Positions 51,385 to 64,000 of a stretch of DNA of 64,000 nucleotides are shown here, piece after piece (within the stretch, counting starts at the first letter, position 1; the number at the start of each line of letters is the position of its first letter). The notes under the pieces are model-generated. The model worked only from the letters and a program-made list of their open reading frames with translations, was not told where the DNA came from and did no database searches. The position numbers and the translations under genes are program-made. Location: the NCBI RefSeq assembly GCF_004010195.1, contig NC_057711.1, forward strand, positions 74,400,933 to 74,464,932, written 5' to 3'. The stretch comes from Chiloscyllium plagiosum. Lineage: Eukaryota.

Positions 51385-54300
51385 TTAACAATCGTGGCTA
51401 AGGGAGTGGTGTGGGAAAGAAGGGTTCCATTTCATGGGCATTGGCATCAGTTTTGGAACTGGGGGATCTGTACTGATGGGAGGGTCTCAACCTGAACCAA
51501 TCTGGAACCAGTGTTCCAGCAAAAAGGATAAATAGCATGGTCACTAGGACTTTAAACCAATGGGTCAGGAGGAAGGGAAAGGGAAGGCAACAGTAAGTAT
51601 GGTAATAACTGAAAAGGTAAGCAACAGGTTAGCATGTATGCATGAGGGTTTAAGTTCATGGCATGAAAGAAGCAAAAATGAAGGATAACTCAGGAGATAT
51701 TAGAGATGTTGTGAATCATGACAGTAAGAAAGCTAGCATGAAGGCACTTTACCTGAATGCTCATAACATTTGCAACAAGGTTGGTGAGTTAACGGCACAA
51801 ATCATCGTGAACGAATATGATTTGGTAGCCATCATGGAGATATGGTTGCAGAATGGTCATGACTGGGAATTAAATATCCAGGGGTACCAGACTATTTGGA
51901 AGGACAGACAGGAATACAAGGGAGGTGGTGTGGCTCTGATATTCAAGGATGACATCAGGGCGGTGCTGAGAAATGATATAACTTCTATGGAGCATGAGAT
52001 CGAATCCATTTGGGTGGAAATTAGGAATTCCAAGAAGAAAGATCACTGATAGGCATAGTCTATAGGCCACCAAATAATAATATCACATTAGGGCGGGCAA
52101 TAAACAAGGAAATAACTAACACCTTTAAAAATGATATGGCTGTTATCATGGGGGATTTCAATCTGCATGTAGATTGGTCGAACCAGCTCAGTCAGAATAG
52201 ACTTGAGGAAGAGTTCATTGAGCATATCCATGAGAATTTTCTTAAACAGTATGTGATGGAACCGACAAGAGAGCAAGTTATCGTAGATCTGTTTGTGTGT
52301 AATGAGACAGGAAAAATTAATGATCTCATAGTCAGGGATCCTCTTGGAAGGAATGATCACAGTATAGTTAAATGTAAAATACAGCTGGATAATGTGAAAA
52401 TAAAATACAATACCAAGGTCCTGTGCTTGATAAGGGGGACTAAGATAGAATGAGGGAGGATCTGGCTAAAGTAAACTGGAAACAGAGACTTTATGGTTCA
52501 ACAGTTGACAAGCAGTAGAGGACCTTCAAAGAAATGTTTCAATGTGCTCAGCAAAACTTGCTCTGGTGAGAAAGAAGGAGTGTGAGAGGAGGGGTAGTCT
52601 GCCATGGACATCTCAGGAAATAAGGCAGGCTATCAAAGTGAAAGACAAGGCATGCAAAGTGGCCAAAAACAGCAGGAATCTAGAAGATTGGGAAAAGTTT
52701 AAAGGTCAACAGAAAACCACAAAAAAGAGCTATAAGAAAAGTAAGATAGAGTATGAGAAAAAAACTAGTACAAGACAGATATAAATACATAAAACGAAGA
52801 AGAGTGATTCAAGTAAATGTTGGTCCTTTAGAGGATGAGAAAGGGCAGTTAGTTATGGGATATGATGAAATGGCTGAGGCATTGAACTTGACTTTGCATT
52901 GGTCTTCACAGTGGAAGGTACTAATAACATGCCAGTAAGTGATGAAGAGACAAATGTAGGTGAAGACCTGGAAACAATTATTATTACAGAACAGCTAGTG
53001 TTGTGTAAGCTAATGGAGCTGAGGATAGATAAGTCTCCCGGCCATGATGGAATGCATCCCAGTATACTAAAAAAGATGGTGGGAAAAATAGCAGGTGGTC
53101 TGGCAGTAATTTTCCAAAATTCACTGGACTCTGGGGCAGTCCCAGCAGATTGAAAAATAGCAGATGTGATGCCACTGTTTAAAAAGGGAAGTAGACAAAA
53201 GATAGGGAACTATCGACTGGTTAGCTTAACCTCTGTAGTGGGGAAGATGCTTGAGTCTATTATAAAGGAAGAAATAGCAGGGCATCTTGAAAGAAATTGT
53301 TCCATTGTACAGACGCAGCATGGGTTCATGAAGGGTAGCCATGCTTCATAAATCTTTTGCAATTCTATGAAGACATTTCAAGAAAGTTGGACAATGGGGA
53401 CCCAGTGGATGTGGTATACCTAGAGTTCCAAAAGACTTTTGACAAGGTGTTGCACATGAGATTGCTGCATAAGATAAGGATGCATGGTGTTAGGGGTAGA
53501 ATGCTAGTATAGATAGAGGATTGGTTGACTGACAGGAAGCAAAGAGTGGGGATAAATGAGTGCTTTTCTGGCTGACAATCAGTGATTAGTGGTGTGCCTC
53601 AGGGATCGGTGTTGGGACCACAATTATTTACAATTTATATAAATGATTCAGAATTGGGGACCACATGTATGGTGTCAAAATCTGCTGATGACACTAAGAT
53701 GAATGGCAGAGCAAAGTGTGCAGGGGACTGTGAAACTTTGCAGAGGAGCATAGATACATTGAGTGAATAGGCAAAGGTCTGGCAGATGGAATACAATGTG
53801 AAGTCATACATTTTGGTAGGAGTAACAGGAAAATAGATTATTACTTGAATGGTTAAAACGTTGCAGCATGCTAATTTGTAGAGGAACCTGGGTGTCCTTG
53901 TGCATGAATCGCAGAAGGTTGGTCTGCAGTACAACAAGTAATTAGGAAGGCAAATAGAATGTTGTCCTTCATTGGTAATGGGGGGGTTAAAAGCAGAGAG
54001 GTAAGGTTACAGCTGTACAAGGTGCTGATGAAGCCACACCTGGTATACTGTGTGCAGATTTGTTCTCCTTACTTGAGAAAAGATGTACTGACACTGGAGG
54101 GGGTGCAGAGGAGGTTCACTAGGTTGATTCCGGAATTGAGGGGGTTGGCTTATGAGGAGAGGCTGAGTAGATTGGAATTCAGAAGAATGGGGGAGGGGGA
54201 ATCTTATAGAGACATATATAAAATTATGAAGGGATTCGATAAAATAGAAATAGATATAATGTTTTCACTGGTAGGTGGAACGAGGACAAGAGGGGATAGT

Positions 54301-54597
54301 CTCAAGATTAGAGGAAGCAGATTTAGAACTGAACTGAGAAGAACTTTTTCACCCAGAGGGTTGTTAATCTATGGAATTCCTTCCCCAGGGAACTAGTTGA
54401 CGCTACTTCAGTAATCGCTTTTAAACCTAAGGTTGATACTTTTTTGAAAAATAAAGTAATTAAAGGATGTGGTGAAAATGTGGGTAAGTGGAGCTGAGTC
54501 CATGAAAAAATTAGGCATAATCTTATTGAATGGCGGAGCAGGCTCGAAGGGCCAGGTGGCCTATTCCTGCTCCTAGTTCTTACGTTCTGATGTTCTA
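51385..54597 (+). mobile_element. Near-complete CR1 (ORF1 end plus all of ORF2 and 3' tail), disabled
   Basis: ALYLNAHNICNK, VIMGDFN, DKSPGHDGMHP, QHGFMKG, SGVPQGSVLGPQLFTIYIND, ADDTK and LEGVQRRFTRLIP; tail ttcttacgttctgatgttct. Confidence 0.93.
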
Positions 54598-55339
54598 ATC
54601 ATGATCTCCTATATATGTCTTAGATATGATTCCAGGAACTACAGACTACTCATACTGTTTATTAATGACCTCAATAACTGGAGGTATATGATCAAAAGTC
54701 TCCCTTTACCTTGATGGGATTTTCTGCTACTCACACCTTTCATTGTAACTGTTGCATCTGTGGTTAGGTCAAAGCCTCAATGATATCAGAGACCATATTA
54801 TTCTGATTGGTCCTAATTTGAACAATAGTAGGAATATTATTGGTGTATATGGGGGTATTTTCCATGATGACCACCCCTGACACCTTGTGGTATTTGTCAC
54901 CCTTATACCAGTATGTGTTACCAGCTTAGGATCATTTCAGTTACTTTGCTACCACCAATCTTCCTTTGTCTTTTCTTTGTTTTAAACCTACCTAATGAAT
55001 AGTGGTACAAGATGCATAATCATAAAATATCTACACAAAGGTATTTTTCTAAGGTAACCAAAGGTATTACAAATGACAGCAATAAGTACAACCACATTTG
55101 ATCAAATATAATTACTAAGACCTAAGGGAGTTAGTACAAGTACAATGACCAACGCCTTATGAACCAGCACTCTTGATATTCTGGCAAATTTATATACTTG
55201 AAATACCAGACATTTACTGTATTATCGCGATCTGCTGTAATGTCCAAGTGGTCAATTAACGGTGTGAGTGAGAGGCTCTCTGCCAGTATGTTTATTTAAG
55301 GTAAAGTTGCATTATTATTTAAGTGATTTGTGTTATAAA

Positions 55340-56855
55340 TTTGATTTCATTTATTATTGTCACATGTACTGAAATACAGTGAAAAGTACTGTTTTCCATG
55401 CTAACCATTACATTTCTTACCTAAGTGCATCAGTGTAATAGACAGAATGCATAATATAGTGTTACAGATGAAGACTATAGTGAAAAGATGCAGAGAAAGA
55501 TGGATTTTAATAAATGAAAGGTCCATTCGTAAGTTTGATAACAGTAGGGAAGAAACTGTTCTTAAATCTGTTGGTAAACTTTTGTAGTGTGACGATGCTG
55601 TCACTTTAAAAAGATTATTTTGTTCTTGATTTTTTTTGAAAAGAGGTCATAGAGGTAGAGGTATCAAAGAGTCTAGTTTAACAATGGAAAGGGAATGGCC
55701 AGTTCAGCCAGTTTACGTCTTTTCTGGTTTGTTTTAGATGTAGCAGTTACAAGATGTGGGAGTCCAGGGAGCTGCAAGCTTCAGTAAAGAATCCCTCTGA
55801 CTTTCTTCTGAAATCTCTCTCTGGAATTGCTCCCTCCTGCCTGTAAGCATCTGTGTTGAATTTAGCTTTTTGCTAAGGGGCGTGTTTATGGGAAGTTACT
55901 GTATTGGAACAGTTAATTAGTTAAATTGCTGTATAGGGCAGTCAACTTTTCCAATAGTTAAGTTATTCTAAATTCCACATTCTTTTCTTCGTGTTTTAAC
56001 TGTAGCATTGCAATAAATTCTGTTTTGCTTAAAGCCGAGTGTTTTGACCAGTTGCATCACGCCTGGAACACCCACTTCATATCGACCTCTAAAATAAGAA
56101 AAAGTTAGGGTCTACATTACCTTCCTAAAATATTTTGAGGGGATCCAGACTGGTCCATAACAGTATTTTATGCCCAATGGAAGAAAGTGAAAGAGAACAT
56201 AACCCAGGCAGGAAGTGTCGTTGATTATGTTGGCTGTTTTCCCAAGGCAGTGGGAAGTATAGATGGAGTCAATGGAAGGGAAGTAGGATTCTGTGATGGA
56301 CACAATTTTTTGCAGTATTGGGCAGAGCAGCTGCCATACCAAACTGTGATGCATCTGGATAGGAGAGCGTCTATGGTGCAGCTATAAAAATTGCAAGAGT
56401 CATTGTGGATATGTCGAACTTCCTTAGATTTCTGAGGTAGTACAGGTGTTGATATGCTTTCTTGATTGCAGTATCGACATGAATGGACCAGGATACATCA
56501 TTGGTGACACTTAATCCTAGGAACTTGATGCACTCTACCACCTCCACCTTAGCACCACTGATACAGACAGGGGCATGTCCATTACTCCACTTGCTGAAGA
56601 TGATGACCAGCTCCTTCATTTTTCTGACATTGAGGGAGAGATTGTTGTCCTTACATCATGCCACTAAGCTGTCTATCTGTTTTCTGTGCTCCATCTCATT
56701 GTTTGAGATCTGACCCACTAAGGTGGTGTCATTAGCAAATTTGTAAATGGAGTTAGAGCTGAATTTGGCCACAAAGTTGTGTGCTTAAGGAGTATAGTGA
56801 GGGGCTGAGTATGCAGTCTTGTGGGCACTGATGTTGAGGATTATTGTGGAGGAAA
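55340..56855 (-). mobile_element. Rex1/Babar-type LINE 3' part interrupted by a solo LTR
   Basis: IKFLGLSVTNDVSWSIHVDTAIKKAYQHLYYLRNLRKF; KFANDTTLVG-like motif at about 56710-56745. Confidence 0.8.
55588..56162 (+). mobile_element. Solo LTR (575 bp)
   Basis: Termini tgtgac...ataaca, AATAAA at about 56012 and flanks gtag/gtat. The host Rex1 sequence rejoins across it. Confidence 0.8.
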
Positions 56856-57504
56856 TAAAATACAACAGTGATGTGTATATGCCCTGCATTGTATTTCTAT
56901 TACTTGATGTGTGTTTTTTACATTTATTATATGGACCTCTTGATTAACTGGAAGATTTGATCAACTAACACATCTCTGGTCCCGTAGATGCCAGTTAATA
57001 AAAAGCTTGCTGTATATCTGCTCCCTCCAAAATCTAGAGTTGAACACCTTATCTCCTTCCACAGGCAGTGTGTGGTATCATTAGGATGGCTGCAGGCAAT
57101 TTAACAAGAATTTAACCTCTTCTGAATTAGGACATCATACATGTATTAATCAAGGTGCTATTGTGCATTTCCATTATTTTGATGGTAGGAATTAATCGGA
57201 TCTGGTTGTAATTTGTCAGGTTAGATTAATCCACTTTTATTAAATAGCACATGCTTCAGCAATGTTCTGCATTATTGGATAAAGGTCTTCACTCCCTTCA
57301 CTTGACTGTAGAGGAAACGTAGATCTAGTACATTGGTGTTCAACACTAAAGCTGGGAATTGATGAGGGCCTTTGGTCTTTGTTGTTTCTGTTGCACTCAG
57401 ACATTTTTTAATGTTAACTGGAGTGAAGGAAATTGCCTAACCACTTGCATTTATAATGGAGATTTCAGGAGGAGGTTTAAGCTTTTGGTTGAGGATAGTT
57501 TGCA

Positions 57505-57810
57505 TGACATGGTGGCTCGGCGGTTATCATTGCTGCCTCACAGTGCTAGAGACCTGAGTTTGATCCCAGCTTCGGGTGACTGTCTGTGTGGAATTTGTAC
57601 ATGTTGTGTGGATTTCCTCCGGGTGCTCTGCTTTCCACCCACTATCCAAAGATGTGCAGGTTAGATAGTTTAGCCATGCTAAATTGGCCTGCAGTGTGCA
57701 GGCTAGATCAGTTATCCATGATAAATGCAGATTATGAGGAAAAGGACGGGTGTTAGCTCTGTCTTTGTCGGATGCTCTTTGGAGGGTCAATATGGACTTG
57801 ATGGGCTGTT
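57505..57810 (+). mobile_element. Older HE1/V-SINE-type SINE
   Basis: atggtggctcggcggttatcattgctgcctcacagtgctagagacc head; gatgtgcaggttag body. Confidence 0.8.
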
Positions 57811-58287
57811 CTGATTTTATAATACTTTCAAACTTGTGATCTTTGCCTTTTGGACAGCAAGCCGCCCTGGTTAAGGATTAGGATGTTCATCAAGGTTCCT
57901 TGTCTCATCAATTATGTGTTTTCCAACACAAGTCTTGTCTGTATGTGAAAGAGCCACTATTTGCTATAATCTGTTGGTTCAGGGGGCTGTTTTGCATTTG
58001 GCAATTAGCATGCAGGTAGCCCTGTGTGGTAGTTTCATTCAAGTCTTTCCTCCATTTCCAATATGGCAGCTGGCAATGGAAAAGTAGGGAAAGAAATGAG
58101 CTGCCTGGAAGCCAACATACTTACTTCATCTACACAGGGGCTAAAGGATATGGACCTAAATGTTTCAGTTTGTAAAAGAAAAACTGTTACAATCAGATGA
58201 GGTGGGGTAGAATGACCTCTATCTTTTTCATGGTAGATCCTCATGCAACAGTCTACAAATTATCTAAATTTTTTGAAAAACCATTCA

Positions 58288-58289
<2 letters not shown>

Positions 58290-58332
<43 letters not shown>
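58290..58332 (+). repeat. (CA)n microsatellite
   Basis: About 21 perfect units. Confidence 0.97.
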
Positions 58333-58333
<1 letters not shown>

Positions 58334-58539
58334 AATAGGTCACAGAGTGGGTAAAGCAATTTAAAGTCCAGCAAAATGTAAAGTTTAAATCTGTCTCATA
58401 AACTTGAGATAGATCCAAGCTGATGTCTTTTGATTTTGGTGTTGAGATAGTTTAAAGATGTCTCTGATCTTTCCACACAATTGCTTCTGAGTTGTTTTAG
58501 TTATGACCTACGATCAGTATTCTTTTAAGAGATATGCTA

Positions 58540-59715
58540 ATGTTATCATAACTGGACCATAACGTAAAACCTGAGGATGGGAGGACCTCACACTCTACCA
58601 TGCACTTTACTGGATACAAATTCTGTTGGGAAACACAGAATTTACTGAGAAGAAGGAACTGAAGGAAATCAGTATTAGTAGGGAAATAAAGGTATAGAGT
58701 CATAGAGCCACAAGGCATGGAAACAGACCCTTTGGTCCAAATTATCTGTGTTGATCAGACATCCCAATCTAATCTAGTACCATTTGCCAGCATTTGGCCT
58801 GTATCCTTCTAAATCAGTCCTATTCATATACGCAACTAGGTGCTTTTTAAATGCTGTAATCTCCACCACTTCCTCTGACAGCTCGTTCCATACACACGCC
58901 AACCTCTGCATGCAAAAGTTACCTGTCAGGTCCTTTTGAAATCTTTCCCCTTAAACCTTTGTCCTCTAGTTTTGGAATCACCCACCCTAGGAAAAATACC
59001 TTGACTATTTACCCTATCCATAGCCCTCATGATTTTATGAACCTCTATAAGGTCATCCCTCAGTCTCTGACATTCCAGGAGAAATAGCTTCAACCTATTC
59101 AGTCTCTCCTTATAACTCATACCCTCCCATTTCCAGAAACATCCCTAGTAAATCATGTTTGCACTGTCTCAAGTTTAACAGTATATTATAAGGGCAACCA
59201 GAATTGTATGCAGTTTTTCAAAAATGGTTGCAGCAATATTCTGTACAGCTATAGCATGACATCCCAACTCCTATATTCAATGTTCTGATCAATGAAGGCC
59301 AGTGTGCCAAATGCCTTCTTCACCTCACTGTCCATCTGCGACTTCGCTTTCAAGGAACAATGCCTCTACACACCTGGGTCTCTTTGCTCTGCAACACTCT
59401 GGTATTGGCAAAATGGTGTTGGGGAAATTGATGAGATTGAAGGCTTATAGATTCCCAGAGCTCAATGTTCTACATCCCAGAATAATTAAGGAATTGATAT
59501 TGGGGCATAATGGATGCATTCATGGTCACCTCTCAAGAACACTTCCTACAGGTTGGAGGGTAGTGAATGTAACCACACTACTTAAAAAATAGTAGAGAAA
59601 ATTGTGAATTGTATACTGATTAGCTTGACATTGGTAATGAGGAACATGTAGAATCCATTATGAAAGATTTAATAGTATAGCATTTGGAAAACAGTGACAT
59701 GATCAGACCTGGTCA
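58540..59715. mobile_element. Plus-strand CR1 fragment split by a minus-strand CR1 3' part (about 58693-59400)
   Basis: Minus strand: SYKERLNRL...DLIEVHKIMR. Plus strand: VLGKLMRLKAYRFPELNVLHPRIIKE...WRVVNVT. Confidence 0.8.
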
Positions 59716-60326
59716 AGTATTGGCAGTCCGGAGTTGCTCTACAATTCACTTGTAGTGGGAAGCATCCAGAAACAAATGCTTCTTCGGCCACATAGGTGGC
59801 ATGGCTGACATCTCTTTGCACGTACAACTGCACATTCCTACACCAATCACTAGTTAAACATAGCTCACATCAATCTGAACTGTCCTTAGCCACATCTCAT
59901 TTTACATACCTCACTAAGTCTACTCTTTTCCCAATGCTCAGTGTAGGCCAGCATCTTCACATCATTCAATGTGAGACTCTCATGCAGAGGAAAGTATCCA
60001 AATACATTAAAGGAGTCATGTTTATTCAAGGTCAGGAAAAGCGAACAATAAACAGATAAACCGGACCATTCTTCACATTGCCACTTTTCTTCTAGTGGTG
60101 TACAGCATAGCCTGTTTGGATAATGAGGCAGACTCTGCCTGTAAGGCCTCTCAAAGAACGATCCAAAGATTGCAACCACGGCCGCTTGAAGAAGGGGATG
60201 CATTGTATTTTTATTTGCTCAATTATTCACAAAAGACTGTGACCATTTGTTCCAGATAACAATGTTTCATCTTGTTTGCCAGTGATGTGGTCATTACTAC
60301 AGTGTTTGGCCTCAGCCAAGGGGTTA

Positions 60327-62703
60327 TAGAGTCATAGAGTCATAGAGATGTACAGCACAGAAACAGACTCTTCAGCCCAACTCATCTATGCTAACCAGAT
60401 AACCTAACCTAATCTGGTCCCATTTGCCAGCACTTTGCCCATATCTCTATAAACCCTTGCTATTCAAATACCCATCCAGATGCCTTTTAAATGCTGTAAT
60501 TATACTAGCCTCCACCACTTCGTCTGGCAGCTCATTCCATATGCATACCACCCTGAATGTGAAAAAGTTGTCCCTTAGATCCCTTTTATACCCTTGCCCT
60601 CTCATCCTAAATCTATGCCCTCTACTTCTAGATTTTCCCAACCCAGGGAAAAGACCTTGTCTATTTATCCTATCCATGCCTATCATGATATTATAAACCT
60701 CAATAAGGTCACCCCTCACTCCAGGGAAAATAGCCCCAGCCTATTCAGCCTCTCCCTATAAGCTCAATTCTTTCAACCTCAGCAATATCTTTGTAAATCT
60801 TTTCTGAACCCTTTCAAGTTTCCCAACATCCTTCCGATAGGAAGGAGACCAGAATTGCACACAATGTTCCAACAGTGACATAACCAATGTCCTGTACAGC
60901 CACAACATGACCTCCCAACTCCTCTACTCAATGCTCTGACCAATAAAGAAAAGCATATGAAATGCCTTCTTCAGTATCCTATCTATCTGGGACTCTACTT
61001 TTAAGGAACTATGAACCTGCAATAAAGGTCTCTTTTTCTTTTTGTTCAGCAACACTCCCGAGGACTTTACCATTAAGTGTATAAGTGATGCTCTGATTTG
61101 TTTTTCTTAAATGCGACACTTCACATTTATCTAAATTAAACTCCATCTGTCACTCTTCAGCCTATTTGCCCATCTGATCAAGATCCCATTGTACTCTGAG
61201 GAACCTTGTTGAACACCTCTCTGAAGTCCACATAGATCACGTCCACCACTCTGCCCTCATCAATCCTCTTTACTTCTTCAAAAAACTCAGTTGAGTTTGT
61301 GAGACATGATTTCCCATGCACAAAGCCATGCTGACTATCCCTAATCAGTTCTTGCCTTTCCAAATACATGTACATCCTGTCGCTCAGGATTCCCTCCAAC
61401 AACTTGCCCACCACCAATGTCAGGCTCACCGGTCTATAGTTCCCTGCTTTTCCTTACCACCTTTCTTAAATGATGGCGCCACGTTAGCCAACTTCCAGTC
61501 TTCCGGCATCTCACCTATGATTATCGGTGATACAAATACCTCAGCAAAGGGCCCAGCAATCATTTCCCTAGCTTCCCACAGAGTTCTAGGGTACACCTGA
61601 TCAGTTCCTGGGGATGTATCCACTTTCATGTGTTTCAAGACATCCAGCACCTCCTTCTCTGTAATATGGACATTTTTCAAGATGTCACCATCTATATCCC
61701 CACTTTCTATAACCTCCATGTTCTTCCCCACAATTAACACTGATGCAAAATAATCGTTTAGTATCTCCCCCTTCTCCTGCAGTTCCACACACTGGCTGCC
61801 TTGCTGATCTTTGAGGGGCCCTATTCTCTCCCTAGTTACCCTTTTGTCCTTAATGTATTTGTAAAAACCCTTTGGATTCTCCTTAACTCTATTTGCCAAA
61901 GCTATCTCATGTCCCCTTTTTGCCCTCCAGATTTCCCTCTTAAGTATACTTCTACTGCTTTTATACACCCAAGGATTCACTCAATCTCTCCTGTCTATAC
62001 CTGACATATGCTTCCTTCTTTTTCTTAGCCAAAACTTCAATTTATCAATTTATCAAGCATTCCCTACACCTACCAGCCTTTCATTTCACCCTAACAGGAA
62101 TATACTGCCTCTGGGTTCTTGTTATCTCATTTTTGAAGGCTTCCTGTGAACATCTGCACCCGCTCAGCTTTTGAAAGCTTATGTCTAATACCGTCTTAAT
62201 AAGCCTTCCTCCAATTTAGAACATCAACTTCTAGATCTGGTCTATCCTTTTCCATCACTATTTTAAAACTAATAGAATTATGGTCGCTGGCCCCAAAGTG
62301 CTCCCTCACTGACACATCAGTCACCTGCCCTGCCTTATTTCCCAAGAGTAGGTCAAGTTTTGCTCCTTCTCTAGTACGTACATCCACATACTGAACCAGA
62401 AAATTGTATTGTACACACTTAACAAATTCCTCTCCATCTAAACCCTTTACTCTATGGCAGTCCCAGTGTATGTTTGGAAAGTTAAAATCCCCTATCATAA
62501 CCACGTTATTATTCTTACAGAAAGCTAAAATCTCCTTACAAATATGTTTCTCAATTTCCCACTGACTATTAGGAGGTGTATAGTACAATCCCAATAAGGT
62601 GATAATCCATTTCTTATTTCTCAGTTCCATGCAAATAAATTCCCTGGATATATTCCCAGGAATATCCTCCCTAATTACAGCTGTAATGCTATCCCTTATA
62701 AAA
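60327..62703 (-). mobile_element. 5'-truncated CR1 ORF2 with an internal deletion in RT (junction at about 61200)
   Basis: LGLYYTPPNS, VMIGDFN, DTSPGTDQVYPR and QHGFVHGKSC. FNKVP is joined directly to post-FADD sequence; (tcatagag)n tail complement at about 60327-60347. Confidence 0.92.
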
Positions 62704-64000
62704 ATAAATTAAGAACGTGAGACGCCTCAAGGATATAGGAATCATGGGATTTCCCCAGGTAACTGGTGCAGCCATCCAAGATGTGGTACTGATGATTATG
62801 GATGCCTTTCATGCTGATGGAATTCTACTTTTCTCCAATGATGAACTTAACTACATTATGATATGGCCCTCTCAGTACAATGTGTATTCAGTCTAAAGCT
62901 CCATGAACCTGGGAGTGTGTTGTCTATTGTTGAATCCTACTGCCCAGGCTGCAGTATTGACCACATCATGGGTAAGCAAGATCTGGATCAAATGGCATTA
63001 GTCACAGTTTTAATGCAATTGTGGGCAGATGATTGGGCAATCCCACACAGTTCCTCAGCGACCAGTTGCATTAAAGTTCAACTCAGCTGTCACCTTGACA
63101 ACCACCAGGGTAAGATGGCAACATTTTCCTTCATGTTGCTGATCTACTCCAGTAGATCGTGTAGTTGAGTGACAGTGTCCCAAAACATCTTCTCTCTGTT
63201 CTGATGCTGTACCTCACTCACTGGAAGAAATAGCATCATGGATGAGTGTCTCTGGGCTCCTGTCCTCCAGTGTATTTTGAGGGATCTTCAGCTGTGACCT
63301 CATTAGGTGGAGCTGGTTTGGTGGCTGCTGGAGCTTGCTGATGTATCTATTACTCTTCAATCTTTTTGTGCCTTTATTCTGTCATATCAACAGTGATGAT
63401 AATCCCTGGTATGGCCGAATCTATCAGTCACGCTTGTAATGACCTTGAGGGGCAGCAGACTAAACAAAACAGATTCTGACTAATGTGAGTAGTCAGCATT
63501 CACATCTCCTCCAAAGAGATAGTGATCTGAAGCAATCTGAGAAGGACCATGGAATGTCTGTACATGGTGCTTTTACATTGCACCTTATTCCAATGATGCA
63601 TCAACAGCCATGTTGCAAAGTCATGGCGGGAGATAGCAAAAGCTGTGTGAGTACTGAAAAGTTGTCCTTCCAGCTCCACATCACCAAGGAAAAACATCTC
63701 TGCATATATAGGCGATACCCAGGTTGAGAACAGGTTCCATTCTTGAGTACGTCTGTCAGTGTATTTATATGCAAGTTAAACAAAACACAATATATTAAAG
63801 CACAAGGAAATGGTCACACGTTAGGTCATCAACATTAAGATGAATACATTCTTCTATGGGATCTTATTCTCAAGTATGAGCATTTGTAGATCAGAACTTC
63901 ATAAATTAGGATGTAAGCACGTGCTGCAGTATATTTACAATTCAAGATGATTGGCTCCATCATCCAAGGGGGTGCTGAAATGCCTGTTTGAACCTCTGCC

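Noticed and set aside
59720..60320. Unclassified segment with 87-105 aa ORFs on both strands
   Set aside because: No motif recognised, so I cannot support a call without a search.
62710..64000. Possible Harbinger accessory (Myb-like) ORF remnant (also 32870-34600)
   Set aside because: Compositional impression only; no diagnostic motif could be read.

Overview
This is eukaryotic, repeat-dominated DNA (intergenic or deep intronic) from a cartilaginous fish. The shark assignment is inferred from HE1/V-SINE-type SINEs and shark-type CR1 and Penelope families. I found no host protein-coding exon, tRNA/rRNA gene or CRISPR array that I can support. The window opens on the edge of a 70-bp satellite: identical units up to position 535, then decaying units to about 1570. 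The rest is a nested collection of decayed CR1 LINEs (one apparently full-length with a TSD), tRNA-derived SINEs, Penelope-like elements (GIY-YIG ORFs and minimal hammerhead-ribozyme motifs), Gypsy remnants, solo-LTR-like units, a Rex1-type LINE and a PIF/Harbinger transposase pseudogene. There are two assembly gaps. The most notable structures are: (i) a size series of Penelope-derived fold-back insertions (about 120 bp to 1.6 kb), most with hammerhead motifs; (ii) a TGT...ACA unit built from two head-to-head LTR-like arms; (iii) a perfect 67-bp inverted copy of part of that unit 1.5 kb away. Family names come from motif recognition, not database searches. Boundaries of old elements are approximate.
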